A stretch of DNA of 64,000 nucleotides. It comes from Minisyncoccota bacterium. GTDB lineage: Bacteria > Patescibacteriota > Minisyncoccia > Moranbacterales > UBA1568. Shown in pieces: positions 48,989 to 57,992 of the stretch; position 1 is the first letter of the stretch, and each line of letters starts with the position of its first letter. Made by a program: the position numbers and the translations under genes. The stretch lies in the NCBI GenBank assembly GCA_051306005.1, contig JBPPMJ010000003.1, positions 97,764 through 161,763 on the forward strand, given 5' to 3'. Below the pieces are notes generated by a model. It made no database searches and was not told the origin of the DNA. It worked only from the letters and a program-made list of their open reading frames with translations.

Positions 48989-49085
48989 TCGTACTTTCAA
49001 TTTCGCTGAATGTAAAACTTGGAGATGTTTTTTTGACGAAGTTTGAATGCATTTCGGACAAAATCCGCAGGATTTTGACGACTAA
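48987..49085 (+). pseudogene. Probable recombinase C-terminal remnant
   Basis: NRTFNFAECKTWRCFFDEV*MHFGQNPQDFDD*; resembles SYDFTKSENWR (~61465) and YQVRTYFQNK (14524). Confidence 0.45.
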
Positions 49086-49220
49086 TCGCACGTGCGGAGC
49101 GCGTGGTGGCTCGAAACTGCCTCGTACGCTCGTATCGTCCCGCCACTGCCTCGCAGAGCCTCGGCAACCCCGAAAGAAAGACACCCTTTCCACTTTCAAG
49201 AAAAATTTCACCCCCGTCAA
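49086..49220. repeat. Second copy of the GC-rich repeat
   Basis: gcggagcgc.tgg.ggctc...tcgtacgctcg...gcaaccccgaaagaaa shared with 14560-14730. Confidence 0.8.
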
Positions 49221-49386
49221 TTTTCATTTTTTACGAAATCGGAATATTGTGCCTCTGTGTACAATATTTGTAGAGGGTATTTTTCTCTTGACAGAATATG
49301 AGAAACATGGTATTTCTTGCATTACATTGAGAGACTTCTCTCGATGAGAAAAAGAATAACGTGTAGTTCTTTGACAGGAGATAAAG

Positions 49387-50010
49387 ATGATGTCTGCGAT
49401 GATGAGAAATCTGTTTTTTGATCCTGATGATCGGGATGCAATCATGCGCGAACGATGTGTACAAGATGAATATTCGCAACAGGTGGTGCAGTATTACGCG
49501 GTTCTTAAACGACGTCTTTGGGGTCGAATGACAGCCGAATACTTTCTCTTGTATACGCGTCGTTTCACCACACTGTGCCAAAGCGTGTATGGTGATATGG
49601 GTATGACACTGCGTGCCTATCGGACAGATACCATGGAGACTGTGGTACTAGGAGCGACACCTTGGCAAGTATCATGGGTGGATTATGACGTGAGCCAACT
49701 GGATGAACCAACGTTTCAGGAGATATTTGAACAATCATCGTCTGTGGCACTGACTATCAAGCCCGTGCAGACGGAATTGTCGCATTGTGCTACTGTCACG
49801 TGGATGCGCTCTTATCCTACCGAGCTTCGTTTTCGTGCTCAAGGAGGAGAGGTCTATGATGATCGTGGAAAATTTGTGCGTCAGGGGCTGTTAACATCAC
49901 TTCTTTTCGCCCATATGTTTTGCGACTCATGGTTCGAGAAGTCGTATCCTTCTACGCTTTTTCTCACTGTTTATTATCCAGGCACTTATCCATTATTCAA
50001 GAAAAAATAA
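49387..50010 (+). CDS. Hypothetical protein
   Basis: AGGAG RBS, boxA-like motif upstream, downstream hairpin. Confidence 0.65.
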   Translation: MMSAMMRNLFFDPDDRDAIMRERCVQDEYSQQVVQYYAVLKRRLWGRMTAEYFLLYTRRFTTLCQSVYGDMGMTLRAYRTDTMETVVLGATPWQVSWVDYDVSQLDEPTFQEIFEQSSSVALTIKPVQTELSHCATVTWMRSYPTELRFRAQGGEVYDDRGKFVRQGLLTSLLFAHMFCDSWFEKSYPSTLFLTVYYPGTYPLFKKK

Positions 50011-50235
50011 AACCAATCAGGCGTACGATATTTCGTGAACACAACGAAGTCCGTACGCCTTTTTTCTCGCTTGTATTTAAGGGGGGTTGGATACTCGATT
50101 CAAATATTAGTGAATTTGATGTATTGAGTGTTTTTTAGTGTATAATAAAGAAGTAGAAGTATCTTAAAAATTTCCCCCTTTATTTTTTCGTGAGAAGAAT
50201 GAATATGTAAATGGACACTGTGTGGGAGATGTATA

Positions 50236-50793
50236 ATGAATGCCATGGTACGACATGAGAGAGTTGGTTTTTCAGAATCATGTTTTATCAATCATCACGG
50301 ACACTTGGTGTTTTCGTTGCGCGGTCTTGACTTCACTGGTGAAGAAGAGATACTGTACCTGGAAGGTCAGAGGTTTCGTGTCAGTGAGCAGGCCAAACAA
50401 ATGTTTCGGAGCAAAAATTTTGATGGTTATGATCAGCATCATCGCCTTATCCACGATCGGGAATATCAGGTTGTCTTGGTACCCAACAAAGAAGTTCGTC
50501 AGCGTACGAGAGTTTCTCTGTGTGCATACGCGGAAACATTGGGATATAAACAGATAACGCGTGCTGGTATACATCCACGGATACGAGAAGCCTTATCCGA
50601 TGAACAATTGACGGTGATGGATTTTTGGTATATTGCGGTTTTCCACCAACCTATTCGTATTGAAAATAACCGGCCGTATATTTTCGGATCTGGTCGTCAT
50701 GGTGGTGGTCAGCGCATGGGTGCTGGTTGGGATTTTCCAAACGCAGCATGGAGTGTTGGTGGGGCCTGCGCATTTTATTTGAAACAAGAATAG
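50236..50793 (+). CDS. Hypothetical protein with CLec-like C-terminus
   Basis: GGGAG RBS, TATAAT promoter; ends R..GG..M.AGW..P...W...GA.AF. Confidence 0.65.
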   Translation: MNAMVRHERVGFSESCFINHHGHLVFSLRGLDFTGEEEILYLEGQRFRVSEQAKQMFRSKNFDGYDQHHRLIHDREYQVVLVPNKEVRQRTRVSLCAYAETLGYKQITRAGIHPRIREALSDEQLTVMDFWYIAVFHQPIRIENNRPYIFGSGRHGGGQRMGAGWDFPNAAWSVGGACAFYLKQE

Positions 50794-50916
50794 GGGTATT
50801 GTATTGATTCAAAAATACTATCCGCATTGGTCAATGATCGTGCGGATTTTTTTATTGCTACATAAAAGGATGTGGTGTCGCAATGATCAGTATCATGATT
50901 TGTATTTTCAATGATT

Positions 50917-51843
50917 TCAAGCGTGCCAAACATAGGGTAAGGCGTATTGATTGATGATCGTCTTGCCCGTATCGGTGATAAAAATGGCAGGAATACGATA
51001 GGTATCTGCGAAAGCGCCCCCTGCCTCTGTGCCGGAAATAAAAATGGTTTTTGCGAGAATGTCTGCAGAAATGGTACTTGGCGCAATGACAGTGACAGTC
51101 AAGATATCGGATTGCGCACTGGTACCAGTGCGTGGATCAATAATATGATGCTTGGTAGTACCATTTTTTTGCCAATAACGCCTATTTTTTCCCGAGGTGG
51201 CAACAGCCATATCGCGGAGCATAAGCAAGAGGGTATTTTTGTTTGACGAAAGAGGATTTTCCAAATTAATAGCCCAGTAAGGATAGTTTTCTTTTTGATT
51301 GCTTCCAGCGACATAGATATCACCTCCGGCATCAATCAAGAAATTGTCAAAATGTGATGCGAGTAACAGGGCGATATGATCGACGATATAGCCTTTGCCG
51401 ATACCTCCGATATCAATATGTAAATCACGCGGTTTGATGGCCTCGTGGGTCAGGGGATTGAGTTTGAGGTCGGTAAATTGGACCGGTGTTGCTGTCGATG
51501 TCATCAATGGTGACCCATGGTACCCAGCCTCCTCCAAATGGTCTAAAATACTTGGATCAAAAATACCGCCCGTTTGTTGAAAGTAGAATTGCGCGCATTG
51601 CAGAATACGAAGAAATTCAGTAGAGAGGGAAAAGCGCGTACTCTGATTGAATACCCAGAGATCATTATGACTTTTAAAACGGCTGTATTTTTTTTCGAAC
51701 ATTCGTATTTCCTGAAAAACAGTGTTGAGTACCTGATGAGCCTCTACTTTTTGTGATTCCATGAAAATAATCTCACATAAAATATCTGTGTTCATTATTT
51801 CTCGCCGAACGATTTTACGGATATGTTGCCAGTTATTCCGCAT
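50917..51843 (-). CDS. apbE: FAD:protein FMN transferase ApbE
   Basis: MNT, YSRF, GGIFDPSI, DIGGIGKGY, DAGGD, ATSG, HHIIDPRTG, ADILA. Confidence 0.95.
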   Translation of the reverse strand: MRNNWQHIRKIVRREIMNTDILCEIIFMESQKVEAHQVLNTVFQEIRMFEKKYSRFKSHNDLWVFNQSTRFSLSTEFLRILQCAQFYFQQTGGIFDPSILDHLEEAGYHGSPLMTSTATPVQFTDLKLNPLTHEAIKPRDLHIDIGGIGKGYIVDHIALLLASHFDNFLIDAGGDIYVAGSNQKENYPYWAINLENPLSSNKNTLLLMLRDMAVATSGKNRRYWQKNGTTKHHIIDPRTGTSAQSDILTVTVIAPSTISADILAKTIFISGTEAGGAFADTYRIPAIFITDTGKTIINQYALPYVWHA

Positions 51844-52303
51844 AAGCATTGCTATCGGGGTCAGTATGAGCCTGAAGCATCGTCCAGACGAAATCATTGT
51901 TACCCGGATAGAGATCGATGACATTGGGTACGCCATCGGCATCCGTATCGGTAAAATATTCTGATTGGGGAATCAATGGATCGGGATCAATGGCGTTGAC
52001 AAGTGTATCACCATCGGTATCCCATCGGTAATCTTCTGGTGTCACGGTTACTGTTTCTTGTACGGGACGATATTCGATGACTTCTTGGATGACAAGAGTC
52101 GTCCGTGATTTCTTTTGGACAGCTGTTGTACGATCTTCCTCATCCTCCTCTTCCTCTTCTTCATCATTTTGCGCGAAGACGCTGGTAGCTGGTCCCCAGA
52201 ATATGGAGGGCCCCATGGATAACGCTGTTATAAAAAAAATCACACATATGATGGTATTGAAAAACGTTCTATCAATGAAAAGGGAAGTTTTTTTGTTACC
52301 CAT
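51833..52303 (-). CDS. Secreted acidic protein with TSP3-like DxDxDG repeats
   Basis: Signal peptide, poly-Glu, DTDGDTLVNAIDPDP and DTDADGVPNVIDLYP. Confidence 0.75.
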   Translation of the reverse strand: MGNKKTSLFIDRTFFNTIICVIFFITALSMGPSIFWGPATSVFAQNDEEEEEEDEEDRTTAVQKKSRTTLVIQEVIEYRPVQETVTVTPEDYRWDTDGDTLVNAIDPDPLIPQSEYFTDTDADGVPNVIDLYPGNNDFVWTMLQAHTDPDSNAYAE

Positions 52304-52311
52304 AGATATAA

Positions 52312-52713
52312 TTAGGAACTCTTGGTTGTCGAAGATGACTTTGGCTTGGATTTGATGGTTGGTGCAACAGGCTGTTCAACGATTTTTTGTGTTACAATTG
52401 GCTTCATGACTGTTCGTGTCGTTGTCGTCTGGTTGTCCTTGATAAGCTCTGGCTGATTTTTAAGTAACTGTTCATATTGTGTGCGAGATTCTGACATGAC
52501 TTGCTCCATACTTTTTTTCTGATTTTCTACAACCGTCAAGTATTCATAGCGAGCTCTTTCCGCTTCTACTTGTGCCAGCTCGATGTCTTGGCGTTCGCTT
52601 TTTGCTTTGGTTATTTGCCGTGCGTGCTCGATAAAGAGTACCGCAAATGTAGGACTGACAAAAGCGATGACGATAATCAAGAAAGGAAAAATTTTCGTTT
52701 TAAGTGTATGCAT
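52312..52713 (-). CDS. Membrane-anchored coiled-coil protein with S/T-rich tail
   Basis: N-terminal TM helix, coiled coil, ends KSSSTTKSS. Confidence 0.7.
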   Translation of the reverse strand: MHTLKTKIFPFLIIVIAFVSPTFAVLFIEHARQITKAKSERQDIELAQVEAERARYEYLTVVENQKKSMEQVMSESRTQYEQLLKNQPELIKDNQTTTTRTVMKPIVTQKIVEQPVAPTIKSKPKSSSTTKSS

Positions 52714-53071
52714 ATAATAATATAAAGTATAATATATTCATCTCTTCTGTACAATGAATGAAAAAGACAAAAGTTTTCAGATAGCATGAAGAGCGGGTAA
52801 AATACACCTAATGTATATGGTGAGAAATTTTTTAGAAAATGAGATATCACCCAGGAGACCTCGCATGGGTATTGTTAGCCGACGCGATTATTCTGGGTGT
52901 TTTTCTTTATGATGAGTATCGTTTTAGTGCTTTTCATTGAGCAATCAGTTGCCGATAATGTAATGAAGAAATGGTTGTTGCTGGATATTCCTCAGAAAGC
53001 AGAAGTGTAATATAATCAAGACATCTTTGAAAAGAAAAAAAATAGTAACTTGATTAAGAAACAATAAACAT

Positions 53072-53542
53072 ATGGGACTGAAATTAAAACAAAAGGCGCC
53101 GGCGCTTATCTTATCAGATCAAAATGGTACACAACACACATTAAAGCAATATCTTGGTAAATGGGTTGTGTTGTATTTCTATCCCAAGGATGATACGCCA
53201 GGATGCACTGCGGAAGCCTGCAGTTTTCGTGATGGTTATGCTATGCTCAAACGGGCTTCTATCGTGGTATTGGGAGTATCAGCGGATTCGGTGAAGAAAC
53301 ACAGGAAATTCGCTGAGAAATATTCCCTTCCGTTTTCTTTATTATCCGATGAAGAAAAAATAACCGTGGAACGCTATGGTGTCTGGGTGCCGAAGAAATT
53401 TATGGGACGAGACTATATGGGGATTGCCCGGACCACATTTTTGATTGATCCAGCCGGAAAAATTGCCAAGATATATGAAAACGTCAAGCCAAATGACCAT
53501 GCGATAGAGATATTGGAAGACATGAAAACGCTGATGGTATAG
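53072..53542 (+). CDS. bcp: Thioredoxin-dependent peroxiredoxin Bcp
   Basis: YFYPKDDTPGCTAEAC, RTTFLID. Confidence 0.95.
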   Translation: MGLKLKQKAPALILSDQNGTQHTLKQYLGKWVVLYFYPKDDTPGCTAEACSFRDGYAMLKRASIVVLGVSADSVKKHRKFAEKYSLPFSLLSDEEKITVERYGVWVPKKFMGRDYMGIARTTFLIDPAGKIAKIYENVKPNDHAIEILEDMKTLMV

Positions 53543-53628
53543 TCAAATGCCGACCATGAAGATCGTTTGTTGTTTTTTATGAGACAAAAAGAGTATAATG
53601 AAAGTGTTATAATTCATCAAGAGACTTT

Positions 53629-54366
53629 ATGTTATTGCAAGAAAAAGTGGCTGTCGTAACGGGTGCACGTCATGGTATTGGCAAAGGCATCGCATTGGCA
53701 TTAGCGCAAGAAGGTTGCCATATAGTGGTGGCAGATATTGATACCGCAGGTGCGATGGCAACGGCACATGAAGTGGAAAGTATTGGTGTCAAAGCTTTGG
53801 GCATTGGATGTGATGTGTCCTCTCAGTCAGCCGTTGCTTCTTTGTTCACACGAGCGATGGAGACATTTGGACACGTTGACATCGTCGTCAATAACGCTGG
53901 TGTTTATCCATCTGTTTCTTTTGCAGATATGCAAGAAAACGATTGGGACAAAGTAATCGACATCAATCTTAAGAGTGTATTTTTGTGTTCCAAGGAAGCG
54001 ATCAAAGTTTTGCCAGAGAATGGCAGGATTATTAGTATTTCTTCTATTGCATCATTAGTTGGCTTTGATGGGCTGGCACATTACTGTGCTTCCAAAAGCG
54101 GGATTAACGGTTTGACACGCGCATTGGCTTTGGAGTTGGCATCGCGCCATATCACTGTCAATGCAGTGGCGCCCGGAATGATTGAGACTCCCGGCACGCA
54201 GGAGATGAATGATGCGGTATTAGCGCAAATGTTGACAGCTATTCCGCTTGGAAGGATGGGTCAATCAGATGATATTGCGGATGCCGTCGTGTTTTTGGCC
54301 TCAGAGAAAGCTCGTTATATCACTGGACAGGTTCTGGTCGTTGATGGTGGATGGATTTTGCGTTGA
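53629..54366 (+). CDS. Short-chain dehydrogenase/reductase (FabG-like)
   Basis: TGARHGIG, NNAG, YCASK, VDGG. Confidence 0.92.
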   Translation: MLLQEKVAVVTGARHGIGKGIALALAQEGCHIVVADIDTAGAMATAHEVESIGVKALGIGCDVSSQSAVASLFTRAMETFGHVDIVVNNAGVYPSVSFADMQENDWDKVIDINLKSVFLCSKEAIKVLPENGRIISISSIASLVGFDGLAHYCASKSGINGLTRALALELASRHITVNAVAPGMIETPGTQEMNDAVLAQMLTAIPLGRMGQSDDIADAVVFLASEKARYITGQVLVVDGGWILR

Positions 54367-54584
54367 AAGTTTTCGGTTTGAAAAACTTTTCTTAACAGAA
54401 AAAGAGAAGATAATATTTTCACGGGGGGTAGCGAAATAGTGTGCGTTCAGGGAATCTAACTCATGCAGTTAACATCAATGATTTTTTTAGGAATTTTTTC
54501 TCGCAGATAGGTTACCTCGGTATACGTATCCGCCATCGGTATCGCAGTGAGAGCAACGCGGTCGAAAAGTAAACAAGGAATATT

Positions 54585-55253
54585 ATGATAACAGAGAAAG
54601 ATTTTCAATATTGGTTCAAGCCGAAACAATTTTGGAAGTGGTTTGCTTGTTATTACCCTGTTTCGCGCCGGGGATGGGGAGTGACGCTAGCACTTGTGGG
54701 TACCGGCGGATTACTCTTCGTGTGGATTGACCTACATACCAGTTCTTTGCTAAACACATTCATTAATTTTTTGCCTTGGGGCATTGTGTTGTTGGTAATT
54801 TTTGATGTTTTGTGTCTGCGGAAAGGAGAGTATCCGAATTGGTGGCGTCCACGCAGAAATCTCTATCGTCGTTTGCGCACACAGATACTGATGGCACACA
54901 AACTGCTTGATCCTTGGTCCATGCCACACTTCTTGTTTGGCATGGTCATGGCACTTTTTGCTATCGTCTTTTCCCTGTCACCCTTGTTTATATTTACGGT
55001 CATGCTTTCCCTTGCGATTTTTTGGGAATTTTTTGAATTGAGTGTGCGCTTGCCTGAGGCACCAGGAAATGGTCTCGTTGATATCGCGTTATCATTAATT
55101 GCTTTTGGTATCACAATTGCTCTTGTTGACCGTTCTGATCCGAACCCTCAACATCACGTGGCACTCTTTGTCGTGGCATTGTTGGTATATTTGACGGTTA
55201 ATTTTTTTGCATGGCGCGCACGTTTTGAGCAAGATGAAGATTTTCAGGGATAA
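54585..55253 (+). CDS. Hypothetical integral membrane protein (apparent two-domain fusion)
   Basis: N-terminal YWF..YYPVS..GW unit, then DPWS.PHF...WEFFE..N..VDI unit. Confidence 0.7.
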   Translation: MITEKDFQYWFKPKQFWKWFACYYPVSRRGWGVTLALVGTGGLLFVWIDLHTSSLLNTFINFLPWGIVLLVIFDVLCLRKGEYPNWWRPRRNLYRRLRTQILMAHKLLDPWSMPHFLFGMVMALFAIVFSLSPLFIFTVMLSLAIFWEFFELSVRLPEAPGNGLVDIALSLIAFGITIALVDRSDPNPQHHVALFVVALLVYLTVNFFAWRARFEQDEDFQG

Positions 55254-55266
55254 ACAGACGGTATTT

Positions 55267-56874
55267 ATGACTCAAAATGAAGCGTTGGCAATTTTGAAAA
55301 CAGGTGTAAGTGTTTTTTTAACCGGAGAACCAGGATCGGGTAAATCACATACTGTACGTCAGTATGTGCAGTATCTGCATGAACGAAGTATTGATGTCGC
55401 TATTACCGCATCGACCGGTATCGCTGCTACGCATATCGGTGGGATGACCATCCATGCGTGGAGTGGCATTGGTATCAAAAACGCACTCACCAAAAGTGAT
55501 GTACAGCGTATCAAGGAGTTACCGTATTATGCCAAACGTATCCGGAAAGCCAATGTTCTTATCATAGATGAGATTTCTATGTTGGATGGTAGAATATTGG
55601 CATTGGTAAATCGGGTGTGTCAAGAGGTGCGTGAATCTATGGAGCCTTTTGGTGGCCTACAAGTCGTGTTCGTGGGAGATTTTTTTCAATTGCCTCCGAT
55701 TGCGCGACACGCAAAAAAAAATGAAGATGATTTGTGGTCACAAATATCCGAAGAAGAAAATCATCTGGAATTCGCATTTCAATCAGAGGCGTGGTTGGCA
55801 TTGAATCCTACAATTTGTTATCTTACAGAACAGCACCGGCAAGATGACGCCGTTTTTCTTGAAGTATTGACAGCCATTCGCACCAATAGAATTACAGATG
55901 ACCATGAGAGACATATTGTTGCACGCGTGCACGAGGAACAGGATATCGTTTTGAAAAATACACCGAAACTTTTTTCACACAATATCGATGTAGATCGAGT
56001 CAATGAAATGGCGTTGGAAAAATTACCTTCCAAAGCATGCGCATTTGCTATGGCACTTCGCGGTCCCAAAGCGATGACTGATGCGCTAAAAAAAGGCTGT
56101 CTCTCACCAGAATTATTGAAACTCAAGGAAGGAGCGACAATTATGTTTACGAAAAATAACCCACAGGGAAAATTTTTTAATGGGACTATTGGTAGGGTAG
56201 TTGCTTTTGATCAAGAGTCACATTTTCCTATTATTGAAACACGAAGTGGCGTGCGGATAACCGTGGAGCCGACAGATTGGAGCATGGAAGAAGGGGGTCA
56301 GGTGCGAGCACGGATCACACAATTACCACTTCGTCTTGCGTGGGCGATGACTATCCACAAAAGCCAAGGAATGAGTTTGGACACGGCAGTTATGGATTTG
56401 CGGCAAGTCTTTGAATTTGGTCAAGGCTATGTAGCGCTTTCACGCGTACGACGTTTTTCTGGACTTTTTCTTCTCGGATACAACCAACAATCACTGCGTG
56501 TGCATCCAATCATATTAGCCGAAGATATTTTTTTCCGCACACAATCAGACAAAGAAAGCATGCTATTAGAAGAGATGGGAGATCGAGAGCTTGCGCAACG
56601 GCAGGTAGATTTTATACAACGTTCTGGTGGCAAGGTAGTCAAACAAAAGAAACATGAAAAAATCAATAGTGATGATCATACTATTTCTCCACTACAAAAG
56701 ATCCGTGCAAAACATCCCAATGCCTATCGCCCATGGAATATCATGGAAGATAAACGTCTGCAGAATCTTTTTGAGGAACACTTGGCATTGACGGATATTG
56801 CGCTGACACTTGGTCGTCAGCCAGGATCCATCCAGGCACGCCTTATCAAACTCGGTTTGATTGAGAAAGAATAA
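55267..56874 (+). CDS. PIF1-family SF1B helicase with C-terminal HTH
   Basis: TGEPGSGKS, TASTGIAA, IDEISM, GDFFQLPP, TIHKSQG, YVALSR. Confidence 0.93.
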   Translation: MTQNEALAILKTGVSVFLTGEPGSGKSHTVRQYVQYLHERSIDVAITASTGIAATHIGGMTIHAWSGIGIKNALTKSDVQRIKELPYYAKRIRKANVLIIDEISMLDGRILALVNRVCQEVRESMEPFGGLQVVFVGDFFQLPPIARHAKKNEDDLWSQISEEENHLEFAFQSEAWLALNPTICYLTEQHRQDDAVFLEVLTAIRTNRITDDHERHIVARVHEEQDIVLKNTPKLFSHNIDVDRVNEMALEKLPSKACAFAMALRGPKAMTDALKKGCLSPELLKLKEGATIMFTKNNPQGKFFNGTIGRVVAFDQESHFPIIETRSGVRITVEPTDWSMEEGGQVRARITQLPLRLAWAMTIHKSQGMSLDTAVMDLRQVFEFGQGYVALSRVRRFSGLFLLGYNQQSLRVHPIILAEDIFFRTQSDKESMLLEEMGDRELAQRQVDFIQRSGGKVVKQKKHEKINSDDHTISPLQKIRAKHPNAYRPWNIMEDKRLQNLFEEHLALTDIALTLGRQPGSIQARLIKLGLIEKE

Positions 56875-56952
56875 AACAAGTTATTTTTTCTATGAACACC
56901 TTAGCGGAATATGAGTAGAGCATTGGTGTATTATGTACCTTTGAAACAAACA

Positions 56953-57072
56953 AAAGCCCTCAATGCGGGAGAGCGGCTGAATCCCTTGAAAAAAAGTAAC
57001 GGAAAAAATATATTTTTTCCCTGACAATCCAGGTGGGTTTCAATTTTGCGCATCTCCGTTCTGAAGGCTTTC
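56953..57072 (-). ncRNA. Candidate rod-shaped ncRNA (possibly 6S-like)
   Basis: 5' and 3' ends pair; extended -10 TGCTATACT at 57087-57079; no ORF. Confidence 0.45.
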
Positions 57073-57281
57073 ATTTCGAGTATAGCATAATATGTGTATG
57101 AAGAAAACGAGTACGGTGAGCCCTATGATGTGATGCTCATTTTTATGTTTCAGAATGAAGGGAAATTTTCACTTCATTCTCTTACCGTGATATTGACGGT
57201 TATAGTAATTCTTGATACAATCACGACACGTTGTTTTTTGCATTCAGCCTTGTTTATGCGGGTATATAACAGGGTAAAAAT

Positions 57282-57354
57282 GGGCCCTTAGCTTAGTTGG
57301 TAGAGCGCCGCATTTGCAATGCGGAGGTCGTCGGTTCGAATCCGACAGGGTCCA
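57282..57354 (+). tRNA. tRNA-Ala(TGC)
   Basis: Cloverleaf, G3:U70, CCGCA-TTTGCAA-TGCGG. Confidence 0.95.
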
Positions 57355-57437
57355 CACCAGCCAATATTGAGTTTTTTGGATGTGCATGGTATCGTAGAAA
57401 ATGGTTGTTTTTCAGTTTACAACCATGAGTATATTGT

Positions 57438-57511
57438 GGGCGATTAGCTCAGTTGGTTAGAGCGCGACACTGATAATGTCGAGGTCTCAAGTTCGAATCT
57501 TGAATCGCCCA
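57438..57511 (+). tRNA. tRNA-Ile(GAT)
   Basis: CGACA-CTGATAA-TGTCG. Confidence 0.95.
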
Positions 57512-57542
57512 CCGAAATGCGGTATGATAGAAGAAAGTATGA

Positions 57543-57616
57543 AGCGGGGTAGAGCAGTCTGGCAGCTCGTCTGGCTCATAACCAGAAGGTCGGTGGTTCG
57601 AATCCACCCCCCGCAA
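57543..57616 (+). tRNA. Initiator tRNA-fMet(CAT)
   Basis: 1:72 mismatch (A:A), A11:U24, TCTGG-CTCATAA-CCAGA. Confidence 0.9.
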
Positions 57617-57705
57617 CAAACGGAATATGAGTGAGGTATAGTTGTGGAGAATCAATAAACTGTTTTGTCCGGGTGCCTGTGCGCTTTTTTGTTTTGACAA
57701 TGTAT

Positions 57706-57782
57706 GCCAGGGTAGCTCAGTTGGTTAGAGCACGGGACTCATAAGCCCGGGGTCGTGAGTTCGAATCTCACCCCTGGTACCA
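57706..57782 (+). tRNA. tRNA-Met(CAT), elongator (Ile2 not excluded)
   Basis: Paired acceptor stem, CGGGA-CTCATAA-GCCCG, encoded CCA. Confidence 0.88.
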
Positions 57783-57819
57783 AGACTGAATAATAAGATA
57801 GAAAATGAAGTGACATTAC

Positions 57820-57896
57820 GGGGGCGTAGCTCAGCTGGTTAGAGCGACTGCCTGTCACGCAGTAGGTCGCCGGTTCGAGTCCGGTCGCTCCCGCCA
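57820..57896 (+). tRNA. tRNA-Asp(GTC)
   Basis: ACTGC-CTGTCAC-GCAGT, G discriminator, CCA. Confidence 0.95.
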
Positions 57897-57992
57897 ATTT
57901 TTTTGATCACTTGCTCTGTTGGTTTGATGTGGCGTGTCATAGGGTTTTTCTTTTGGTTATGAGGCACTTTTTAAAGCATATAGCACACTCTT

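Noticed and set aside
48966-49220. Minus-strand ORF ending WRASRV as a recombinase remnant matching WRASSV at 61512
   Set aside because: The match comes from the conserved element-end DNA; the recombinase-like peptide here is on the plus strand.
52848-52899. cacccag...ctgggtg hairpin in the divergent intergenic region (and a GC-rich stretch at 54420-54570)
   Set aside because: Single imperfect stems with no recognisable riboswitch consensus.
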